64,000 bases of DNA, from the NCBI GenBank assembly GCA_902617525.1, contig CACMWW010000005.1:17135-81134 (forward strand), read 5' to 3'. The DNA comes from an uncultured Pelagibacteraceae bacterium. Lineage in GTDB: Bacteria; Pseudomonadota; Alphaproteobacteria; Pelagibacterales; AG-422-B15. Made by a program: the position numbers and the translations under genes. Under the pieces are notes generated by a model. The model saw nothing but the letters and a program-made list of their open reading frames with translations. It had not been told where the DNA came from and searched no databases. This document shows positions 1-7,035 of the stretch, one piece after another (position 1 is the stretch's first letter; every line of letters begins with the position of its first letter).

Positions 1-682
1 ATTCAATAGCTACATTTTTAGAAAAATTTATATTACGAAAATGTCTTTTTATTGAAAAATCTAAAAGAGCTTGCATGCCGTCATAATCTTTATGCGCTGC
101 CAGGAATTGAAAAGTTCCAATTCTAATATGACTACTCGCTACCCGAGTTAATATTGATCCTTTTAAAGGGACTTCTCGGTAGACTTTTTCGCCAGTTTCA
201 ACAACAGCCAAACTTCTCGTAGTTGGAATGCCTAAATGATACATTGCTTCACTGATCAGATATTCACGTAACATTGGCCCCAATGCAGCCTTACCGTCTC
301 CCCCTCTTGAATAAGGTGTACGCCCCGAACCTTTATATTGAATATCAAATATTTCACCGTCTGGAGTTACTTGCTCACCAACGATGTGAGCCCTACCGTC
401 ACCAAGAATTGTAAATTGTCCAAATTGATGCCCTGCATAAGCCTGTGCAAATGGCTTTGAACCATGAGGCAGTGTATTTCCTGAGAATAAATTAGATAAG
501 TCTTTTTTTGACATACCTTTTAAATTTAAGCCAAGTTTTTTAGCCAATTCATTATTAACAATAACAGTACTTGGATTAGTAACTGCATCTGGTTTTAATT
601 CCGAGATCAGTTTATCAGATATTTGGGTATAACTACTTTGTAAATTCCACCCTGAATCAGAAAGGGATACATTATTTTTCAT
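1..682 (-). CDS. selO: Protein adenylyltransferase SelO/YdiU (UPF0061), N-terminal part; the gene runs off the left edge of the window
   Basis: Open minus-strand frame from ATG at 682 to the window edge. It is absent from the ORF track because it is truncated. My translation is MKNNVSLSDSGWNLQ...AQAYAGHQFGQFTILGDGRAH...YKGSGRTPYSRGGDGKAALGPMLREYLISEAMYHLGIPTTRSLAVV...TRVASSHIRIGTFQ, which carries the conserved SelO/YdiU motifs. Confidence 0.85.
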   Translation of the reverse strand, partial: MKNNVSLSDSGWNLQSSYTQISDKLISELKPDAVTNPSTVIVNNELAKKLGLNLKGMSKKDLSNLFSGNTLPHGSKPFAQAYAGHQFGQFTILGDGRAHIVGEQVTPDGEIFDIQYKGSGRTPYSRGGDGKAALGPMLREYLISEAMYHLGIPTTRSLAVVETGEKVYREVPLKGSILTRVASSHIRIGTFQFLAAHKDYDGMQALLDFSIKRHFRNINFSKNVAIE

Positions 683-726
683 TGTTGCTGTAAACTTAAT
701 TTAATTTTACATATATTTATATCAAA

Positions 727-1149
727 ATGTTAATTCAAAAAGAACTTGAAATAGTAGTTGAAGGTAAAGGCCTCTATAATATTACGGATATTATTAATCA
801 AGCTATAAGCAAACATCGAATATCAAAAGGTATTTGTACTATATTTATCAAACATACTTCAGCTTCTCTAATTATTCAGGAAAATGCAGATCCCAACGTC
901 CTTAAAGATATAGAAAATTACTACGATAAAATGGTACCCGAAAACGATAATTACTTACACAGTGAGGAGGGTCCGGATGATATGCCTGCACATATTAAAT
1001 CTTCACTTACTAACACAACACTTAGTATTCCAATTAAAGAAAAAAAACTTGATCTTGGCATATGGCAAGGAGTGTATTTATTTGAGCACCGTTATAAGAA
1101 TAATGATCCTGGGATAAAAAGAATTATTTCAATGACTGTGATTGCTTAG
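727..1149 (+). CDS. YjbQ/UPF0047 family protein (secondary thiamine-phosphate synthase-like)
   Basis: 140-aa ORF. Segments FIKHTSASLIIQENADPNV, GPDDMPAHIKSSL and LGIWQGVYLFEHR are typical of UPF0047. Confidence 0.75.
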   Translation: MLIQKELEIVVEGKGLYNITDIINQAISKHRISKGICTIFIKHTSASLIIQENADPNVLKDIENYYDKMVPENDNYLHSEEGPDDMPAHIKSSLTNTTLSIPIKEKKLDLGIWQGVYLFEHRYKNNDPGIKRIISMTVIA

Positions 1150-1598
1150 TGAGGCATTCTAAATTTGTCATGGCAAGCTTTACAACTTGACCAAATTAAA
1201 TTCTTTTGAGCCTCTTTTAATTCATCTCCTGTAAGGTTAGCAGCAATTTGGGTAAATTTTTTGACTTTATCTGAGGTTTCAATCATCAAAGCATTAAATT
1301 CATCTTTTTGAAGCCAAATAGTTGGCAAAGCTTCTGTATCATAACCTGTTTTTGAATTATCAGGGAAAAGGTCGATGAGCTTATCATAATTGACGCTCAT
1401 TTTTTTGGAAAGCTCTACTACTTTATCATTATTACCTTTTGCTATTTCTGCAGACATTCTTTTTGCATGGCTATAATTTTGCTTAAATAATGATTTTCTT
1501 TCTTTTATAATTTTACCATGGTCGTCAGCAAAACTAATAAAAACAAGAAATAGAGAAGCTAAAATTGATGAAAGCAGTATTTGCAAAATTGTTTTCAT
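1146..1598 (-). CDS. Class II c-type cytochrome (cytochrome c'/c556-like), secreted
   Basis: 150 aa with an N-terminal hydrophobic signal peptide. A single haem-binding CKACH motif lies near the C-terminus, the hallmark position for class II cytochromes c. Confidence 0.7.
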   Translation of the reverse strand: MKTILQILLSSILASLFLVFISFADDHGKIIKERKSLFKQNYSHAKRMSAEIAKGNNDKVVELSKKMSVNYDKLIDLFPDNSKTGYDTEALPTIWLQKDEFNALMIETSDKVKKFTQIAANLTGDELKEAQKNLIWSSCKACHDKFRMPH

Positions 1599-1614
1599 AT
1601 TTTAAATATATATT

Positions 1615-2142
1615 ATGAAAATTAAAAATGACAATAGCACTTATGGAACTCTTGCTCGAGCCTTTCACTGGCTCACTTTTTTAATTTTATTATTTCAACT
1701 ACCTTTAGGACTTTATTTGGACAATTTGGAGTTTTCTGAATTTAAACTAACCGTTGAAAATATACATATTGTTATTGGTATAAGTATTTTTTATTTAACA
1801 TTACTCAGATTGATTTGGAAATTTCTTAATCCAAAGCCAATAACTTCAGCTGTAAATAAATTACAATTGATAGCATCAAAAGCAGTACATGGACTATTTT
1901 ATGTTACGCTTCTTTTGATTACAATCAGTGGAATCTTAAAGCTTTTACTTTCTGGAGAAGAAGTGAATTTTATTATATCCAAGGTCTACATTGACTATTT
2001 TAACTACGAACTTGCGGACCAATTCCACGTTGTTCATGTTATTTCAGCGTATTTTTTGGTACTTCTTTTCACTATTCATTTAGGGGCTGTTGTGTATCAT
2101 CATCTCATACAAAAAGACCCTATATTAAAAAAAATGCTGTGA
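1615..2142 (+). CDS. Cytochrome b561 family membrane protein (CybB-like)
   Basis: 175 aa with four hydrophobic helices. His residues are placed as in CybB (ARAFHWLTF..., ...HVVHVISAYF..., HLGAVVYHH). It is divergently paired with the cytochrome c' gene. Confidence 0.7.
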   Translation: MKIKNDNSTYGTLARAFHWLTFLILLFQLPLGLYLDNLEFSEFKLTVENIHIVIGISIFYLTLLRLIWKFLNPKPITSAVNKLQLIASKAVHGLFYVTLLLITISGILKLLLSGEEVNFIISKVYIDYFNYELADQFHVVHVISAYFLVLLFTIHLGAVVYHHLIQKDPILKKML

Positions 2143-2148
2143 TTAAAG

Positions 2149-3666
2149 ATGACCGATAACTCTAACTTGTCTCAATTTCTTGATAGACTAGAAAAATTAA
2201 GTGATGAAACTCGAACTGAAGCAAAAAACAAAAGGCATAAACTGGGATTAAGAACAGCAAGAGAAAATCTTGATCACTTGGTTGATGATCAAAGTTTTTT
2301 AGAGTACGGAGCTTTTGCGGTAGCAGCTCAAAGAAACAGAAGAAAATATGAAGATCTTCAAATTGATACTGCAGCAGATGGTATCATTACAGGATTTTGT
2401 AAAATCAATTCTGATCTAATTGGTGAAAAAAAATCTGATGCTGTCAGTATAGTTTACGACTACTCAGTATTGGCAGGTACTCAGGGTTTTTTTCACCACA
2501 TGAAACTTGATCGCATATGTGAAAAAGCAAAAGAGTTTAAACTACCAATAGTCATTTATACTGAAGGCGGAGGTGGAAGACCTGGTGATACAGATGTAAC
2601 AACATCTGTTGCTGGTTTACATGTGCCTTCTTTTGCACTTTGGGCGAGCTTGTACGGTAGATGTTTGAGAATTGCTATAAATAATGGATTTTGCTTTGCT
2701 GGCAATGCAGCTCTTTTTGGAAGTGCAGATATCAGAATTGCCACAAAGAATTCTTGGATTGGAATGGCAGGTCCTGCAATGATTGAAGGAGGTGGACTTG
2801 GAAAGTTTGATCCAAAAGAAATAGGGCCGACGGATATTCAGAAAAATAACGGAGTAATTGATTATGTTGCTGAAAACGAGAAAGACGCAACTAATATTGC
2901 AAAAAAAATACTCTCATACTTTCAAGGCGAAATTAAGAATTGGAAAGCTGACGATCAGAAGAAGCTGAGTAATATTATGCCCAAAGATAGAAGATGGTCT
3001 TATCCAGTTCGAGATATTATAAAAATAATTTCTGATATTGAGCAATTTACTGAAATACGACCTGAGTATGGAAAAGGTATTGTTTCATGCTTTATCAGAA
3101 TAGAGGGAAAGCCTTTTGGGTTATTGGCGAATGATAGCCAACATTTAGGCGGTGCAATTGACTCCGAAGGAGCAGACAAAGCGTCTTCTTTTATTGAAAT
3201 GTGCAGTGAATATGGTTTACCAATTATCTCCCTAGTTGATACGCCTGGATTTATGGTGGGACCAGACAGTGAGAAAGAAGGGGCTGTTAGAAGAATGTCA
3301 AATCTCTTTAAGATAGGATCAAAAGTAAAAGTACCTTTAACAGCTATTTTTTTAAGAAAAGGATATGGACTTGGAGCTCAGGCAATGGTTGGCGGTAGCC
3401 TTCATGAGCCAGTATATACAGCAGCATGGCCAACAGGAGAGTTTGGAGCAATGGGGTTAGAAGGAGCTGTAAAACTTGGGTTTAAAAAAGAGTTAGAAAA
3501 GATTGAAGATAATTCAAAAAGAGAGGAATTATTCAATAGTCTAGTTGAAAAACTCTATGATAAAGGTAAAGCCATAGAAGCTGCTGCTCACCTTGAAATC
3601 GATGCAGTAATAAGTCCATCTGAAACACGAAGTGTTATCTTGAAATCACAAAAGGCCTTTGTATGA
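2149..3666 (+). CDS. Acyl-CoA carboxylase carboxyltransferase-domain protein (PccB/AccD5-like)
   Basis: 505 aa. It has the two-lobed carboxyltransferase pattern: VYDYSVLAGTQG...YTEGGGGRPG in the N-lobe and DSEGADKASSFIEMC...LVDTPGFMVG in the C-lobe. Confidence 0.8.
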   Translation: MTDNSNLSQFLDRLEKLSDETRTEAKNKRHKLGLRTARENLDHLVDDQSFLEYGAFAVAAQRNRRKYEDLQIDTAADGIITGFCKINSDLIGEKKSDAVSIVYDYSVLAGTQGFFHHMKLDRICEKAKEFKLPIVIYTEGGGGRPGDTDVTTSVAGLHVPSFALWASLYGRCLRIAINNGFCFAGNAALFGSADIRIATKNSWIGMAGPAMIEGGGLGKFDPKEIGPTDIQKNNGVIDYVAENEKDATNIAKKILSYFQGEIKNWKADDQKKLSNIMPKDRRWSYPVRDIIKIISDIEQFTEIRPEYGKGIVSCFIRIEGKPFGLLANDSQHLGGAIDSEGADKASSFIEMCSEYGLPIISLVDTPGFMVGPDSEKEGAVRRMSNLFKIGSKVKVPLTAIFLRKGYGLGAQAMVGGSLHEPVYTAAWPTGEFGAMGLEGAVKLGFKKELEKIEDNSKREELFNSLVEKLYDKGKAIEAAAHLEIDAVISPSETRSVILKSQKAFV

Positions 3667-4394
3667 GAAATTTTGAATTGGATGACACTAGATATTACAA
3701 AGCGAGATTAGGGTTGATCGTTCTTCAGAGCGATGAAACTATTGAGCAAGAATTCAGAACCATTCTTGATGAAAGTATATCAATCAATCACTCGCGCATT
3801 TATTGTGACAATATTGTAAGTAATGAAAATCTTGAACTTATGGAAAAAGAATTACCAGCAGCATCTGCGTTATTACCTGATATTCAGTATGATAGTATTG
3901 GATATGCTTGCACATCAGGTGCAACAGTTATTGGCTCAGATAAAATTGAGAGTCTTATAAATAAAAAGCATAAAACAGCATTTGTAACTGATCCAATAAG
4001 AGCTGTAAAAAAAGCTATGAGCACGTTAGGCTGTAGAAAAATAAATTTTGTATCACCTTATCAAGAGTCGGTAACAAAATCTTTACGTGATCATTTACAT
4101 GCTAATAATTTTATAATTCAAAATCAAATTTCTTTTAATGAATCCGATGATAAGAATGTTGCAAGGATTTCAGATAAAGACAGCCTCGAAGCTATATTAG
4201 AAGTTGGTAAACAGGATTGTGAAGCTGTATTTATTTCATGTACTAACCTTAAAACATTTAAGATTATCAATGAAGCAGAGAAGGTGTTGGATAAACCAGT
4301 AATCTCATCAAATCAGGCGATTAGCTGGCAAATGTTACGAGAGGCTGGAATTAATAGTACTGCTGGCCCAGGAATTCTTTTTTCAAAACACTAG
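3663..4394 (+). CDS. Asp/Glu/hydantoin racemase superfamily protein (maleate isomerase / arylmalonate decarboxylase-like)
   Basis: 243 aa. Pattern LGLIVLQSDETIEQEF...GYACTSG...VFISCTNL with two conserved Cys-containing segments. ATGA start/stop overlap with the upstream carboxyltransferase. Confidence 0.6.
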   Translation: MRNFELDDTRYYKARLGLIVLQSDETIEQEFRTILDESISINHSRIYCDNIVSNENLELMEKELPAASALLPDIQYDSIGYACTSGATVIGSDKIESLINKKHKTAFVTDPIRAVKKAMSTLGCRKINFVSPYQESVTKSLRDHLHANNFIIQNQISFNESDDKNVARISDKDSLEAILEVGKQDCEAVFISCTNLKTFKIINEAEKVLDKPVISSNQAISWQMLREAGINSTAGPGILFSKH

Positions 4395-5029
4395 CTAAGA
4401 GCTAACCAAACACCAACGCCCACCATTAAGAAACCTGCTAACCCATTAATAAGCCTGATATTATTTTGTTTTTTTAACACAATCCCTAAAGCTTGACCTC
4501 CAGTTGCGTAAATCATAAGTGAAATAAACTCAATTATAAGAATAATTATTACGAGTGCTGACATTTGTGGAATTAAATTTGCATCGTAATTAATAAATGC
4601 AGGTACCATGGCAATAAAAAATGCCCAACCTTTTGGATTCGCAACAGCAGTTATAAAGCCTTGCATTGCTAACTTAAAAAAATTTATTTCAAATGAATGT
4701 GAACCATCCAAATTTAATGCTAGTGATCCTCTTGAGTTAATCATCTGATACCCAACAAACATCAAATAAAGACCTCCCCCATATTTGAAAACGGCAAATG
4801 CAATTGGAAAAGACGAAATGATCGCTCCACCTCCTACCACTGCTGTACCTGCCACAATTAAAACTCCAATTAATTCTCCAACCATCATTTTCATTGTATT
4901 TTTTACACCTATTGTGAGTCCCATTGTTAAAGCAAGTGTCATACATAAACCTGGTGTAATGGATATTATGAAAAAAACTGGTATGAAAAAGTAAAGTAAT
5001 GAAAAATCAAAGATCATTAGAACGAGCAA
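4391..5029 (-). CDS. LysE/RhtB family amino-acid exporter
   Basis: 212 aa with about six hydrophobic helices and a typical LysE N-terminal segment (ISITPGLCMTLALTMG). The track start is TTG at 5029; the ATG at 5017 is an equally likely start. Confidence 0.8.
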   Translation of the reverse strand: MLVLMIFDFSLLYFFIPVFFIISITPGLCMTLALTMGLTIGVKNTMKMMVGELIGVLIVAGTAVVGGGAIISSFPIAFAVFKYGGGLYLMFVGYQMINSRGSLALNLDGSHSFEINFFKLAMQGFITAVANPKGWAFFIAMVPAFINYDANLIPQMSALVIIILIIEFISLMIYATGGQALGIVLKKQNNIRLINGLAGFLMVGVGVWLALS

Positions 5030-5045
5030 TAGTATTTAAGGGAGC

Positions 5046-5095
5046 AAAAAAAACGGGGCGCAACACAAACCCCTAAAGGTCTCTATTCCGCCCCG
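5046..5095 (-). terminator. Rho-independent terminator
   Basis: On the minus strand a perfect 7-bp GC stem, CGGGGCG (5095-5089) with CGCCCCG (5060-5054), is followed directly by U8 (5053-5046). Confidence 0.7.
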
Positions 5096-5135
5096 AAACT
5101 CGGCCTCCCGCCGACAAACTCCCCGAAGGGCTTTC
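5054..5135 (-). ncRNA. Candidate structured RNA (leader/riboswitch-like element or sRNA), class not recognised
   Basis: An ~80-nt block much more GC-rich than its AT-rich surroundings. On the minus strand it reads hairpin CCC-UUCG-GGG (5130-5121), hairpin UCGGC-GGGAG-GCCGA (5114-5100), then the terminator stem. It ends about 17-30 nt upstream of the LysE start. Confidence 0.4.
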
Positions 5136-5218
5136 GTTCTTTGTTCATCCGATAAAAAAATATTAGCAAATAGGAAAAATATTTTAAATAAGTTTTATTA
5201 GAAAAACTCCTTATACGA

Positions 5219-5235
5219 TGTGGATAAGTGGATAA
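5219..5235. promoter_or_regulatory. Tandem DnaA-box-like repeats (TGTGGATAA + GTGGATAA)
   Basis: Plus strand 5219-5227 is TGTGGATAA, the reverse complement of the consensus DnaA box TTATCCACA. It is directly abutted by GTGGATAA at 5228-5235. Confidence 0.3.
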
Positions 5236-5279
5236 ATAGTTTTTACTATAAGAATCAATATTTAATAAAAAATACTTAA

Positions 5280-5504
5280 TTAAGACTCCATACCCCAAGA
5301 TAAAGAATTCCATATTCTTTCATGAAAATAATAAATAGTTACCTTTGTAATAACTTCCAATGCAGCAATTAAACCCGCAGTTTCAAGCACTGAAAAATCT
5401 GATTTTAAAATTACTAGGTAACTGATTAAGAATGTGTCTGCTGTTGCAGTTACTCTCCAGGTAAGAGCTTTTACCAATGATCTTTTTTTTGAACTCTTGG
5501 GCAC
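5280..5504 (-). CDS. DUF2061-family small membrane protein
   Basis: 74 aa. The segment SLVKALTWRVTATADTFLISYLV...KVTIYYFHERIW is characteristic of DUF2061. Confidence 0.6.
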   Translation of the reverse strand: MPKSSKKRSLVKALTWRVTATADTFLISYLVILKSDFSVLETAGLIAALEVITKVTIYYFHERIWNSLSWGMES

Positions 5505-5580
5505 AATATTTAATTAGTCATCTAAAAAAGCATTTCAAATATAAGTTTTTTATATTTGTTCAAACAATTAAACTATTGAT

Positions 5581-6783
5581 TTAATTTGCCATTTTGACTA
5601 ATGGTGTTTCTTTAATTGGAAAATGAACTACTGCAGAAGCAAAAGCTAAAATCACACAAGCCCACCACATAATGTCATAAGAACCATAGTAATCATAAAA
5701 CCTGCCTCCAAACCATGACCCAACAAACGAACCGACTTGGTGAGATAAGAAAGTAAAACCATACAGCATAGACATATATTTGGATCCAAAAATAACGGAT
5801 ATAATTCCACTGGTAAGAGGTACTGTAGAAAGCCATAGAATTCCTAGAAGTGATGCAAAAATTAAAACTGTAATTTCAGTTTTAGGTAAAAAGATGAAAA
5901 TTAAAAACAGTAGGGCACGTAAAGTATACAAGATTACCAACAGATTTTTTTTAGACCTCAGGTCCCCTAAGTGACCAAAAACAAGTGTGCCTATTACATT
6001 AAATAAACCAATTAATGCTAAGGACCATGAACCGATCCACATCGGTAAAGATAAATCATCAAGGTATGCGGGTAGATGAGTTGCTATAAAAGAAATATGA
6101 AAACCACAAACAAAAAAACCAATTGTAAGTAAGACATAGCTCTTATTTGCAAAGGCTTCATTTAAAACAGATGCTAAAGATCTATTAACCTCATCATTTA
6201 TTCCACTTTTGGGTGAATGCTTTGTTAATACTAGTGAAAATAAAATCATGATAAGCGAAATAAAACAAAGATATAAGATTGATCTTTGCCAATCACTCAT
6301 TTCAATTAAGAAGCCTGTAAGAGGAACAATTAAAAATTGACCCAGGGAACCTGCAGCCATTACAACACCTAAAGATAATGTTTGATATTTACCTGTTACA
6401 GCTTTTCCAACAGCCCCTAATATTACAGCCGTACCACATCCTGCGCATCCAAATCCAAAAATTACTTGTGAAATGATTAGAAGGATTGACCCTTCAACTA
6501 GTGACATCAAATAAAGTCCAATTAAAAAGAAAATTACTCCTAAGAGGCCAGCAACCGATGAGCTATATTTATCGGCTATAGCGCCGAAAATTGGCGATCC
6601 AATTCCAATCATTAGAAATTGTATTGCAATAGCAAAACCAAATACTTCTCTTCCAGTTTGGATATGCTCAGAAATTGGGATTAAATAAAGTCCAGAAGAA
6701 TGTCTTATACCAAATGAGACAAGCAAGAGTATGCAGCCTCCAATAATTACTAATGTTGAATAAGAGTGTCTGAATAACTGCAT
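5581..6783 (-). CDS. MFS transporter
   Basis: 400 aa, about 12 hydrophobic helices, with an MFS-type loop motif (GAIADKYS). Confidence 0.85.
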   Translation of the reverse strand: MQLFRHSYSTLVIIGGCILLLVSFGIRHSSGLYLIPISEHIQTGREVFGFAIAIQFLMIGIGSPIFGAIADKYSSSVAGLLGVIFFLIGLYLMSLVEGSILLIISQVIFGFGCAGCGTAVILGAVGKAVTGKYQTLSLGVVMAAGSLGQFLIVPLTGFLIEMSDWQRSILYLCFISLIMILFSLVLTKHSPKSGINDEVNRSLASVLNEAFANKSYVLLTIGFFVCGFHISFIATHLPAYLDDLSLPMWIGSWSLALIGLFNVIGTLVFGHLGDLRSKKNLLVILYTLRALLFLIFIFLPKTEITVLIFASLLGILWLSTVPLTSGIISVIFGSKYMSMLYGFTFLSHQVGSFVGSWFGGRFYDYYGSYDIMWWACVILAFASAVVHFPIKETPLVKMAN

Positions 6784-6829
6784 GCTTTAATTTATATACT
6801 TCCAACGTCGAATTGATACTATAAATCAC

Positions 6830-6994
6830 ATGATATTTACAATTGTATACCTTCTGGTCTTGGTAATGCTTTTATCTATGGTGATTTACAAGCAGGCGAA
6901 GAAAATTGAGAGTACAAGAGCATTTAATGAAAGAACAATGTTAATCTTATGGCTTGTACTTGGAATGGTTGGTCTCATCACTGGAGGGTTGTAA
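6830..6994 (+). CDS. Candidate small membrane protein (54 aa, two predicted TM helices)
   Basis: My reading gives ATG 6830 to TAA 6992-6994, translating to MIFTIVYLLVLVMLLSMVIYKQAKKIESTRAFNERTMLILWLVLGMVGLITGGL. Two hydrophobic segments flank a basic loop. It is below the 60-aa cutoff of the track, lies in otherwise unassigned DNA upstream of ggt, and has no clear SD. Confidence 0.35.
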   Translation: MIFTIVYLLVLVMLLSMVIYKQAKKIESTRAFNERTMLILWLVLGMVGLITGGL

Positions 6995-7035
6995 CACCTA
7001 AACATTTATTGTGCTGGTATGATGATCTGGTTTTT

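Noticed and set aside
1146-2142. Divergent cytochrome c' / cytochrome b561 pair, considered as a novel redox module.
   Set aside because: This pairing is common in proteobacteria and plausibly forms an ordinary periplasmic/membrane electron-transfer or NO-handling pair. Nothing in the sequence is unusual.
5083-5313. 76-aa minus-strand ORF spanning the GC-rich element and overlapping the DUF2061 gene end.
   Set aside because: It reads through the hairpin/terminator block and AT-rich spacer, and the translation has no protein-like features. The region is better explained as RNA structure plus spacer.
6949-7035. N-terminal 29-codon extension of ggt (MACTWNGWSHHW...) in the track ORF.
   Set aside because: The extension precedes a clean signal peptide that starts at ATG 7036. 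It also overlaps the better-looking 54-aa small-ORF frame, so it is probably not translated as part of GGT.
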